Part shown: piece after piece, positions 19,254-28,028 of the stretch
Layout: the number at the start of each line of letters is the position of its first letter
Position numbering within the stretch: position 1 is the stretch's first letter
Assembly (NCBI GenBank): GCA_038128265.1
Contig: JAYPJE010000013.1
Span: 9,077-73,076 of the forward strand
Source of the DNA: Gemmatimonadota bacterium
GTDB lineage: Bacteria > Latescibacterota > UBA2968 > UBA8231
DNA: 64,000 nt
Direction: 5' to 3'
Translations under genes and position numbers: made by a program
Notes under the pieces: model-generated
Told to the model about the DNA's origin: nothing
Database searches by the model: none
Seen by the model: only the letters and a program-made list of their open reading frames with translations

Positions 19254-20996
19254 CTAGTGGCCTGCTTCCAAAGCGGCTATGGCACCGGCTACGCGTTCGG
19301 CTCCGGCACTGTGCACGCCGAGTCGTTCGTACAGGGCGCGCGCCTTGCGCAGGTGTTCCAGGGCCTGCGCACCGTTGCCCTGATCGCGAAGGACGAGCCC
19401 TATATTGCCCAGACAGTCCGCCTGGCCGCGCGGATGGTCGATCAGATCGAATATGTAGAGCGCATTTTGAAACGATGCGAGTGCTTGCCCGAGCCGGTTC
19501 TGATTAAAGTGAATGTTGCCAATATTGCTCAACTCGGCGGCCTGTCCCTGGCGATGGCCGATGCGAGTAAAAATGTGCAGCGCCTCGTCGTATGCCGTTA
19601 GTGCCTGGTCGAAAGCGCCCCGCTGCACGTGCACGGCCCCGATATTGTCCAGCTGAGTTGCTCCTTCGATATGGCGGTCAAAACGCCGATAGATTTGCAG
19701 CGCCTCGCGGTAGGCGACCAGTGCGTCTTCTAACCGACCAAGGCCTTGGTTAAGCGCCCCGAGCTTGTCCAGCTGTTCGGCCTGTCCGCTGGGGTGATCG
19801 ATCTGGCGAAAGAGCGCGAGGGCGCGCTGGTAAAAGGCCAACGCCTCCTGCCGGCGTCCCTGCAGAATGTGGATTGTGCCGATGTGATCGAGCTGGGTGG
19901 CCTGTTCGCGAAATTGGTTGGTGGCGACGAATATCTCGAGCGCCGCCCGGTGGGAGCGCAGCGCTTGCTCCAACTGTCCCTGAAGAAAATAGACCTTGCC
20001 GACCTCGGCGTGCAGCGCCCCCGTCTCGCTGTCCGGCGCGATTTGCTTGCTCAGTATGAGCGACTGCTCAAGCGCGCTGAGCGTTTTTTCGAGGTCGCCC
20101 TGACGGCGGTGAACTAGCCCAATTCCGTTGAGCTGGGTGAGCTGTCCGCGCAGGTAGCCTACGTCGCGGTAGACCGCTAGCGCATCTTCGTAGGATTTGA
20201 GAGCGTGGTCGAACTGTCCGCGCTCAAAGCGCACGTTGCCGATGTTGCCAAGCGCGCGCCCTTGTCCGCGCTTATAGCCAATGGCCTGGTTGATCGCCAG
20301 CGCTTCCTTGTAGTGGGTGAGTGCGCTGTCGAGCTGTCCGCGCAGAATATGGATGGTGCCGAGGCGATCCAAATCCTGTGCCTCCCCGCGGCGGTAGGCG
20401 ACCTGGCGGTTTGTGGCGAGCGCCGTAGTCAGAGCGGTATGCGCGCTATCCAAATCGCTTCGCAAGAAATAGACCATGCCGATATTGCCCAAGCTCGCCG
20501 CAATACCGGTCGGCTGGTCGACGGTTTGGTAGATTGTCAGCGCTTCCTGAAAGCTGGCTAGCGCCTGATCCAAGCTGTTTTGATTGGCATATGCGTTGCC
20601 GAGGTTGCCGAGAAAAGCCGCGGTGAGAAAGCGATCATCGCGCTGCCGACTGAGCGCAAGTCCAGCGCTCAGCTCCCGCGCTGCGGATGCGAGATCGGAC
20701 ATGCTGATAAGAGCGATCCCCAAGTTGAGCCGTGTCGCCAGCGTTGGCGTGTGTTCAATGGATTGTCGATAGGCGGTAGATGCCGCGTCAAAGCGGTTTG
20801 CGGCAAAGTGCGTTTCGGCCTGTGTGAAGAGCTGGCCGGCCGGGCTGTCGAGGTCGGCCTCAGCTGAAAAACCAGCCGCAGTCGCCTTGGGGGCAACGGC
20901 TCCGCCGGGGCCCTCGTACGGTTCGAGCAGCGGTGGTGGTTCAGCGCAGGAAATGCAGAGAGCTACAATAGCCCAGCGTGCATGTGTGTTGGACAT
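19254..20996 (-). CDS. TPR lipoprotein with about 11 tandem ~40-aa repeats (TPR_12-like)
   Basis: Repeat consensus A..LGNIG.V....G..D.AL..Y..AL.I...I....G. N-terminal WAIVALCISC lipobox-like signal. Confidence 0.88.
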   Translation of the reverse strand: MSNTHARWAIVALCISCAEPPPLLEPYEGPGGAVAPKATAAGFSAEADLDSPAGQLFTQAETHFAANRFDAASTAYRQSIEHTPTLATRLNLGIALISMSDLASAARELSAGLALSRQRDDRFLTAAFLGNLGNAYANQNSLDQALASFQEALTIYQTVDQPTGIAASLGNIGMVYFLRSDLDSAHTALTTALATNRQVAYRRGEAQDLDRLGTIHILRGQLDSALTHYKEALAINQAIGYKRGQGRALGNIGNVRFERGQFDHALKSYEDALAVYRDVGYLRGQLTQLNGIGLVHRRQGDLEKTLSALEQSLILSKQIAPDSETGALHAEVGKVYFLQGQLEQALRSHRAALEIFVATNQFREQATQLDHIGTIHILQGRRQEALAFYQRALALFRQIDHPSGQAEQLDKLGALNQGLGRLEDALVAYREALQIYRRFDRHIEGATQLDNIGAVHVQRGAFDQALTAYDEALHIFTRIGHRQGQAAELSNIGNIHFNQNRLGQALASFQNALYIFDLIDHPRGQADCLGNIGLVLRDQGNGAQALEHLRKARALYERLGVHSAGAERVAGAIAALEAGH

Positions 20997-20999
20997 GGG

Positions 21000-22649
21000 C
21001 TACGGTGCCGGTGTGGGCTGAACTACGCGCAGGATCTGGTTGGCGGCCACGTCTTTAACCTGCTGTATCTGGCCATCGGGCCAGCGTATTTCGAGGTCGG
21101 CTTGAGTCGCTGTGCCCAGGCCGAAGTGCAGCCGTGGATCATGCGATGAAAGGTAAGATCCCCCCGATTGGCGCTCGCGGATTTGCGGTGGACCCGCCGC
21201 CGCGATTGCCGTAACGAGCGTGCCGAGTGCGTCGCGCTGCTGGGCTCCAACCAACTCGACGGTCAGCCAGTTGTTTTGGTTGCCGCCGTCGTTGCGCAGC
21301 AGGCGTGGCGGATCGGCTACGCCGTTTACCAAAAGGTCGAGGTCGCCGTCGTTGTCGTAGTCGGCTACCGCAGTGCCTCGACCCACATTCCTGACGGCGA
21401 AGCTCGCGCCAGACTGGGCCGAAACGTCGAGAAAGCGCCGCTTGCCTGCCCTCATGTCGTTGCGCAGGAGCTGATTGGTCTGGTAGTAGGATAGGTTGCC
21501 GGTAGTATCTATATCATCCATTAGGTCGAGGACGTGGCCGTTGGCAACAAAGAGATCGAGATCGGCATCGTTGTCGTAGTCGAGGAATTTGGTGCCGAAG
21601 CCAAGCGGGTCATAGGTGGGTTCTGCTAGGTCGACCTCGGCCGATACATCGGCGAAGTAGGTTCCTTCGCTGTTGCGATACAGCGTATTGGTCTCAAAGC
21701 CGAAGTTGGTTACAAAGATATCCTGGTAGCCGTCGTTGTCGTAGTCGCCAAAATCGACGCCCATACCCGCTTCGGCGCGTCCGTCTTCGTTGTAGCGCGT
21801 GCCGGCCTGCAGGCCGATTTCGGCGAAGTGCCCGCGGCGGTTTTCGTAGAGGAAATTCATGGTGCCGTCGTTGGCGACGTAGATGTCGGTGTCGCCGTCG
21901 CGATCAAAATCCGCCAGGGCCACCCCGAGTCCGCGCCCGGCCAATTCGATGCCGGCCTCGTCCGTCACGTCGGTGAAGCGTTCGCCGTCGTTGCGGTAGA
22001 GCAGGTCACCGACGGGCTCGTAGGCCTGAGGGCGGCAATAGGTGCGGATTCTCCCCTCTTTGCAGATGACGTTGCGATCGAGATCGAAGTCGACGTAGTT
22101 GGTGGCGAAGAGGTCTAGATCGCCGTCGAGGTCGTAGTCGATAAAGGCACAGCTCGTGCCCCAACGGCGATCGCCGACGCCCGCTTCTTGGGTCGCGTCG
22201 ACAAAGTGTCCTCCGTCATTCCTATAGAGTGCGTTGGGACCAAAGTTGGTCACGTAGAGATCGGCGTCGCCGTCGTTGTCGTAGTCGCCGACGGCAACCC
22301 CCATTCCATACCGCATATCGGCAGCGCCGGCATCGACCCGTGCAAAGGTGCCATCGCCTCTGTTGCGATAGAGTTGGTTGGCGGGTAGTGGATCGGGAGC
22401 AAGGCCCTTGAGATAGGTTCCGTTGACTAGGTAGATATCGAGCCAGCCGTCGCCGTCGTAGTCGACGAAAGCCGAACCCGGTCCAAAGGTTTCCACGTAG
22501 TAGTACTCTTCAGAGAACCCGTTGTAGTGCTCGAAATCCAGGCCGACGTCCACCTCTTCGTAGTGAACGGGAGCGGCGGTAGCTATGGGTTTGGAATCGG
22601 GAGAACAGCCGGCTAAGAGCGCGGCGCAACCGATGAGAAAACGCAGCAT
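21000..22649 (-). CDS. CRTAC1-family lipoprotein (FG-GAP plus ASPIC/UnbV)
   Basis: Lipobox LAGC, FG-GAP repeats, SGGSYLSSHDPRLHFGLG...WPDG. Confidence 0.9.
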   Translation of the reverse strand: MLRFLIGCAALLAGCSPDSKPIATAAPVHYEEVDVGLDFEHYNGFSEEYYYVETFGPGSAFVDYDGDGWLDIYLVNGTYLKGLAPDPLPANQLYRNRGDGTFARVDAGAADMRYGMGVAVGDYDNDGDADLYVTNFGPNALYRNDGGHFVDATQEAGVGDRRWGTSCAFIDYDLDGDLDLFATNYVDFDLDRNVICKEGRIRTYCRPQAYEPVGDLLYRNDGERFTDVTDEAGIELAGRGLGVALADFDRDGDTDIYVANDGTMNFLYENRRGHFAEIGLQAGTRYNEDGRAEAGMGVDFGDYDNDGYQDIFVTNFGFETNTLYRNSEGTYFADVSAEVDLAEPTYDPLGFGTKFLDYDNDADLDLFVANGHVLDLMDDIDTTGNLSYYQTNQLLRNDMRAGKRRFLDVSAQSGASFAVRNVGRGTAVADYDNDGDLDLLVNGVADPPRLLRNDGGNQNNWLTVELVGAQQRDALGTLVTAIAAAGPPQIRERQSGGSYLSSHDPRLHFGLGTATQADLEIRWPDGQIQQVKDVAANQILRVVQPTPAP

Positions 22650-22656
22650 AGGGCCC

Positions 22657-24186
22657 TTACCGAAAACCGACGAGGGCGGCTATGAACAGGCCCAGGCAGA
22701 GCCAGCCGATCAACGCCTGGACGATGGCCAACCCGCGCGTCAGGCGCTGGGCTTCGGCCGGCGGCCCAAGGCGAAAAAAGGCCTGTGCGCTGAAGTAGAG
22801 GCCGTCGATCCAGCGGACGGGATGGCCCGGCGCAAGGCGGTAGAGCAGGGAAAAGAGGAGTATGCAGACTGTGACAAAGAGGGCCAGGCGGCTCAAGTCG
22901 GCGCCGTAATACGTGGTGAAGCGCCACAGCTGCAGGCCGTACCAGTCTGCGTTGGTCGGGCCGAGGGCGCGGCGCTTGTGTTCCATGGCAGCGGCAAAAC
23001 AGGCCCGTGCATCTTCTGTGAGGCCTTCGGTCAGCAGGTAGTGGTGGAGTTTGGCATAGACCGGCTGCAGGTCGGCAGCGGTGCTATCCTCGGTGGCCAG
23101 CCGGCCGGCCAGCTGCGGCCAGCGGAAGGACGCGCGGGCAAAATTGGCGTGCTGTAGATAGAGGCGAGCCGTATCCGTCAGCGTAGAGTCGGGATTTTGC
23201 ACATCGCGCGCATCGACTGCTGGTAAGAGGTCGAGATGGGGACCTCTGCTATGGCGCAGATCGATCGCGCTTTTAAAGTCGGCGTTGAGGTCGAGGTCTG
23301 CGTGAAAGCGGCCGCCGCTTAAATCAACGGCTTTCTTGAAATGACTGCCAGCAAATGTGACCGGCTGGTGGAACTCCGCGCCGGCAAAGCCGACGGGGTG
23401 GACAAAGGTGATGTGGCGAAAGTGCGCTGGCCCCGAAAAAACGGCCTTTCCAAAGGATATTTCACCGCGACTGCGGGCGTTGTCGAATAGGGCGCGCCGG
23501 GCAAAATGGGACTGCCAGAAGCGGGTGCGCTGTATGAAGCGCGCGCCGCCAAAGTCTACATCGCCGTTGAAGCGGACATTTTTAAACTGTGCGTTGCCCT
23601 CGAAAAATGCGTCCCGGAAATCGGCTTCGGCCGCAAACGCGGCGCGTTCAAAATAGGCTTCTCCGGCAAAGCGCGCGTGGGAGAAGGTCGACTGCGAAAA
23701 ATGCGTCTCAATAAAGGACGCAGTCTGCTCAAACGCGCTGCCCGAAAAGTCACTCCCGGCGGCAAAAGACGCCTGTTTGAAGTTGGTATGTCGTCGCGAA
23801 GTGCTCTGTTTGAGCGCGAAGTCGGCGTCAAAGCGCGTCTTGAAAGCGGAAACGCCGCCGCGGAATTCAATGTGTTCGCCGCGAAAGTCGGCGGCGAACA
23901 CGACGTTGCTCAGCGCGACTTCGCCGAGAAAAATGACGTCAGTTAGCGAGAGCGTCGCGCGCACGGTGTCGAGACCAGACGTGGGGGCAAATACCGGACC
24001 ACGCACGGCCGTAGCGCTGTATTCAATCTGGGTGCCGGCTTTCGCCGTGCGCAGAGCGGTGAGGAAATCGGTGGCATCGATCTGCGCGTAGCGCTGTCCC
24101 TTGATGGTCGTATCGCCTATTGCAGGAGCTTGGGCCTGTGCGGTGGCTGCTATAAACAGGGTGGCCAAAGCGGTGTAAAAGCGCAT
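22657..24186 (-). CDS. Exported pentapeptide-repeat protein with C-terminal 2TM K+-channel-like membrane domain
   Basis: Signal peptide, ~11-aa periodic F..A.F....A.F repeats (Pentapeptide_3-like), C-terminal YG....R...TM, DGLYFS, and a final TM (IVQALIGWLCLGLFIAAL). Confidence 0.78.
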   Translation of the reverse strand: MRFYTALATLFIAATAQAQAPAIGDTTIKGQRYAQIDATDFLTALRTAKAGTQIEYSATAVRGPVFAPTSGLDTVRATLSLTDVIFLGEVALSNVVFAADFRGEHIEFRGGVSAFKTRFDADFALKQSTSRRHTNFKQASFAAGSDFSGSAFEQTASFIETHFSQSTFSHARFAGEAYFERAAFAAEADFRDAFFEGNAQFKNVRFNGDVDFGGARFIQRTRFWQSHFARRALFDNARSRGEISFGKAVFSGPAHFRHITFVHPVGFAGAEFHQPVTFAGSHFKKAVDLSGGRFHADLDLNADFKSAIDLRHSRGPHLDLLPAVDARDVQNPDSTLTDTARLYLQHANFARASFRWPQLAGRLATEDSTAADLQPVYAKLHHYLLTEGLTEDARACFAAAMEHKRRALGPTNADWYGLQLWRFTTYYGADLSRLALFVTVCILLFSLLYRLAPGHPVRWIDGLYFSAQAFFRLGPPAEAQRLTRGLAIVQALIGWLCLGLFIAALVGFR

Positions 24187-24191
24187 GCGAA

Positions 24192-25721
24192 TTAACTCCC
24201 CTCCTTCAGTTCGCGCGCTCGCGCTCGGTGCGCTTCGCTGCGTGAACCGTCTCCCAGTTGGGCATAGGCATCGCTCAAATACATGTGGATGCGGACGTTG
24301 TCTGGGTCGAGTTCGGCAACCTGCAAATACGAGTCGATGGCGGCGGCGGGCTGGTTGAGCCGCATGCGGGTGACGCCGAGGTTCATCAGCGCCTCAGCGT
24401 AGTCGGGTCGCAGCTGGCTGGCGTGCGCGAAATGGGCCGCGGCGGCATCCATCTGTCCTTGGCGCGCTTCAACTAGACCCAGACCATAGGCGGCTTCGGC
24501 CAGCGCATCGTCTAAGACGAGCGCCATTTCGAGCTCGGCCCGTGCTGGGTAGAGGCGGCCTTGTTTGTAGTAAACCATACCCAACCGAGTGCGGTTGATG
24601 GGGTCTTGCGGATCGAGGTCGACGGCGCGGCGCAGCGATTGTGCGGCGCCATCAAGCTCACCTTTCCACGTTAGCAAGATGCCCAAACCGCTGTGCGCAT
24701 CTTTGAGGTCAGGGTTGAGCTCGAGTGCGTTCTGATAGGCGATAATAGCTTCCTCATACTGGCCGCGCAGGGCCAAGTTGAGGGCCATATTATAGCGTGC
24801 AGTTGCTGGGCCAATGGCGACGGCCCCCCCGCTGGGTTGGGATATCTCGGAGCCAATTCCGCGCTCCTTCTGACGCAGGATCTCCGAGCGGCGCAGCGCT
24901 TGCTGGCCTTCGCTGCGCTGCCCTAGTCGCAGGTGCACACCCGCTATATTTGAGTGGATTTGAGGAGAATGTGGGTTGAGTTTAGCGGCGTGCGCCAGGT
25001 GCGAGAGCGCGTCTTCAAAGCGCCCGCTCTCGCGATAGAGCATACCGAGGTAAAAGCTCGCTTCGGCGTCGTCGGGCGCATGGCGCACGGCCTGTGAGAA
25101 GAGGGTGATCGCCCCATCTCGGTCGCCCTCTTCGCGCGCCATCATGCCGAGTTTTTTATAGGCGGGGGACAGCGTAGAGTCGGCGGCTAAGGCGCGTTGA
25201 TAGGCCTGCTGTGCTCGCTCGCTGCTGTCGCGATAGGCATAGACCAGGCCGATATTGTAATGGGCGTGTGCGCGGACGGAATCCAGGTCGATGGCCTTTT
25301 GAAAAGCGGTCAAGGCTTCGTCTGTATCGCGGTAGTGCGCTTGGGAAAACGCGCGTGCCATATGGATCGCGCCGAGAATATCGTAGAGTTCGGCGCTCGT
25401 GGTGTCGGCACTGAGTGCGCGTTCGATATGCGTCTGTGCCGAGTCGTAGCGCCCGAGCGCCAGGTGTGCCCGAGCGAGGTCGCGTCGGAGTAGCGGCACG
25501 TCCGGGTCGCTCTCTAAAGCCAGGGCTAGAGAGCCTAGCGCTTCAGCATAGCGTCCGGCGCTGAGGTGCTGGCGGCCCGCCTCCGCGGGGCCCATTGCAG
25601 CGGCTTGTTCGGCCTGACCCTCGGGTGGAGTGTGTGCTCCATCATCGCACGCGGTTACAATGGCCAGCAGGGCGATAGGGTAGAGCGCTCTGAGTGTCGG
25701 ATTTCGGTGTGCGGGTAGCAA
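24192..25721 (-). CDS. TPR lipoprotein (about 12 34-aa TPRs)
   Basis: Lipobox VTAC, repeated AHYNIG/AY..LG...A...F..A...P motifs. TTG start is uncertain. Confidence 0.85.
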   Translation of the reverse strand: MLPAHRNPTLRALYPIALLAIVTACDDGAHTPPEGQAEQAAAMGPAEAGRQHLSAGRYAEALGSLALALESDPDVPLLRRDLARAHLALGRYDSAQTHIERALSADTTSAELYDILGAIHMARAFSQAHYRDTDEALTAFQKAIDLDSVRAHAHYNIGLVYAYRDSSERAQQAYQRALAADSTLSPAYKKLGMMAREEGDRDGAITLFSQAVRHAPDDAEASFYLGMLYRESGRFEDALSHLAHAAKLNPHSPQIHSNIAGVHLRLGQRSEGQQALRRSEILRQKERGIGSEISQPSGGAVAIGPATARYNMALNLALRGQYEEAIIAYQNALELNPDLKDAHSGLGILLTWKGELDGAAQSLRRAVDLDPQDPINRTRLGMVYYKQGRLYPARAELEMALVLDDALAEAAYGLGLVEARQGQMDAAAAHFAHASQLRPDYAEALMNLGVTRMRLNQPAAAIDSYLQVAELDPDNVRIHMYLSDAYAQLGDGSRSEAHRARARELKEGS

Positions 25722-25835
25722 GGGCGATTCTCAGTCGTCGACGCAGATGGAGGCGCTTTGTCGCGGAGGAAAGATACCGCATGAGCCGGTCAGTGCCAAC
25801 GGACAATACAAAGGGCGCCGAGCCTGCAGCGCGAT

Positions 25836-25880
25836 CGCCGTGTTCGGGAAAACAGGTGAAATGGATGCCCGAACACGGCG
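25836..25880. repeat. Perfect 13-bp inverted repeat with 19-nt loop in the intergenic gap
   Basis: CGCCGTGTTCGGG (25836-25848) and CCCGAACACGGCG (25868-25880). Confidence 0.8.
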
Positions 25881-25964
25881 TAAATCTGCTCGTATGTTCG
25901 CACCGCGTGCGGTTAGCTTGATGGGCGGAACCTAGCGCGCGGTTGCCAACGGTGGATAGTGCAT

Positions 25965-27629
25965 TTACGAACTGGGCGCGGCACTGACTCGCTTTAGGGC
26001 TTCTTCGTCAATTGTGACGGGATACTTGTCTCGCAGCGAACGCACATACTGGACGTAGCTGCGCCTGGCCTTATCTACTTTGACGTAGGCCGTTGAGCGG
26101 CGCTGCGACTCCTTGTTGTAGGGAGCTTTTTCCTGTTTGCGCTCGAGCACTTTGAATACGGAGTAACCCGCGCCCGTCTTGACCGGTCCTCCCACCTGGC
26201 CGATTTCCAAACTCTGTACAATTTCGGAAATCTCGGGAAAGAAAGCCTGGTTGTAGGCGTTGATGTCGAGGCGGCCGTTGTGGTGTGCTGCTTCTTCGCG
26301 CAGCGAGTACTGATCGTAGAGAGCCTGCGGATCTTCGCCCTCTTGCAGCAGGCGCTTCACGCGCTGTGCGAGCGTGTCGCTGGCCACCAGGATTTCGGCT
26401 GCCGTCGTCGTCGCTGGGGGGATGAACTTCTGCGGATTCGCATCGTAAAAGGCGCGTGCTTCATCCTCCGTGACGGCGATATACTGATCGACCTGGCGCT
26501 TGCGCAGCATGTTCAATAGGGCTGCCGGCTTGCGTTCGGCCAGATGCTCTGCTATGACGGGATCTTTGTCCAAGCCCATTTCGTACGCTTCCGACATGAA
26601 CAGGTGGGCTGGAATAAAAATTCGGTTGAGAATGGTCGTTACTTCGGCCGGTTTGGCGAAGTCGCGGGGATTTACGTGTGCTTCTTTGGCATCGTGAAGA
26701 AATTCGTCGAGCGTTATTTCTCCACCCGCGAAGCTCACCAGGGGCATCTGCCCTTCGTCGCCGGGCAGCACGAGCGGGTCGTCGTTGCCGGCATCACTCA
26801 GCTTGGCTAATAGCCCCATATTATCTTCCCGAATTTCCGGCTTGTACTTGTCGTTTATAAATGCCAGCAATTCGGTTATGCGCTCTGCGCGCTTGCGCGC
26901 GAAGACTTCTTCCTTTACGCGTTGGTACGTTGCGTCGAGGGAAACGGGCATTTCGTCAAAGACTTTGAATACGACAAAGTGAATTTTCTGTTCGTGCGGC
27001 ACAGGCGTCGGATCGGATATTTCCCCGACGGCCAGCGGAAAGACGCTCTCGGCGATTGCTGGAATGGTCTGATCGCGCAGCTTATAGCCGCCGCTGTCCC
27101 CTCCGCGCTCGGCCGTCTCGCGGTGGACGGAGTGCTCGGCGGCCAGCGCTTGGAAATCGCCTCCGGCTTCGAGCAGGGCAATGATTTGCTCGGCTTCCTC
27201 TTTTGTTTCGACCATGATGCCGCTAAAGCGCAGCGCGCGGTCGCGGTAGGTTGCTCGCTGATGCTCTTCGAGCTCTTCGTCGCTGACGGATATCTTTTCG
27301 ACAATTTCCTGTTGCTGGTAGAGTCCGAAGATCTTGCTCTTGACCTCTTTGGCTTCCTGTGCGCGAAACGCGGGATCGTTTTCCAGGTCGAGCGATCGCG
27401 CCTCGGCTAGGAGCACGGTCTTGTCGATTAGGCTCTCGAGTAGGTTGCGGTTGATATCCAGTGGAGAGCCGCCGGTTTTCATGCCATCGGGTATACTGGC
27501 CGTAAACGACGCGAACTCTTCCGCCGTAATCTGTTCGTCGCCTACAGTGACCAGCACGTTGGACTCTTCTTCGGGGGTGCTGCAGCCGCTCAACGCGGCA
27601 AAGATGAGGATGTATAATGCAATTTGCAT
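25965..27629 (-). CDS. PpiC/parvulin-type peptidyl-prolyl isomerase lipoprotein chaperone (PrsA/SurA-like, two tandem modules)
   Basis: MQIALYILIFAALSGC lipobox after an AGGAGG RBS. GGDFQALAAEHS..TAERGGDSG, LAVGEISDP, and a second module GEDPQALYDQYS..NGRL..LEIGQVGGPVKT..GYSVFKV. Confidence 0.88.
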   Translation of the reverse strand: MQIALYILIFAALSGCSTPEEESNVLVTVGDEQITAEEFASFTASIPDGMKTGGSPLDINRNLLESLIDKTVLLAEARSLDLENDPAFRAQEAKEVKSKIFGLYQQQEIVEKISVSDEELEEHQRATYRDRALRFSGIMVETKEEAEQIIALLEAGGDFQALAAEHSVHRETAERGGDSGGYKLRDQTIPAIAESVFPLAVGEISDPTPVPHEQKIHFVVFKVFDEMPVSLDATYQRVKEEVFARKRAERITELLAFINDKYKPEIREDNMGLLAKLSDAGNDDPLVLPGDEGQMPLVSFAGGEITLDEFLHDAKEAHVNPRDFAKPAEVTTILNRIFIPAHLFMSEAYEMGLDKDPVIAEHLAERKPAALLNMLRKRQVDQYIAVTEDEARAFYDANPQKFIPPATTTAAEILVASDTLAQRVKRLLQEGEDPQALYDQYSLREEAAHHNGRLDINAYNQAFFPEISEIVQSLEIGQVGGPVKTGAGYSVFKVLERKQEKAPYNKESQRRSTAYVKVDKARRSYVQYVRSLRDKYPVTIDEEALKRVSAAPSS

Positions 27630-28028
27630 GGGTGAAATCGCCTCCTGACCATGCGGGTTCCCTGCGAACAATGCGTAGGTAAGATACGAAATTCAGGGAT
27701 TTTGGTCAGTCTAATCGCGAATTTGTTGTGCGGGAGGGTTTGCCCAAATGACTTTGTTTGAGCAATGGATGGGCGAAATGAGGGAGTGTTGAGGTGGGAC
27801 CATCTCTATCGGCCACCGCCAAATCGGATGCGTAAAAAACGCTTGCTCTCCAACCTTGGGTGGGTTATTAATATACCGACATTGGCCACACCTGCATGTC
27901 GAAAGAGACATTGAAACGGTGAACTTTAAGGGCAATTCGTCGGTTGATAGGTTTTCTAAATACCTGTCCCAACGGCTTTTATCTACAATACTACCGATCT
28001 GATCGATCCATTGGCTAGGACGCATGCG

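Noticed and set aside
13435..22649. Enediyne biosynthetic cluster (UnbV) or eukaryotic integrin transfer
   Set aside because: No PKS or thioesterase is present, and FG-GAP plus ASPIC/UnbV proteins are widespread in bacteria.
22657..24186. Qnr/MfpA quinolone-resistance protein
   Set aside because: It has a different repeat type, a signal peptide and a membrane domain.
27711..28025. 104-aa minus-strand ORF or ncRNA in the AT-richer divergent gap
   Set aside because: Atypical composition and no motif. It is better explained as the divergent promoter region, and I could not pin down a confident promoter or RNA structure.
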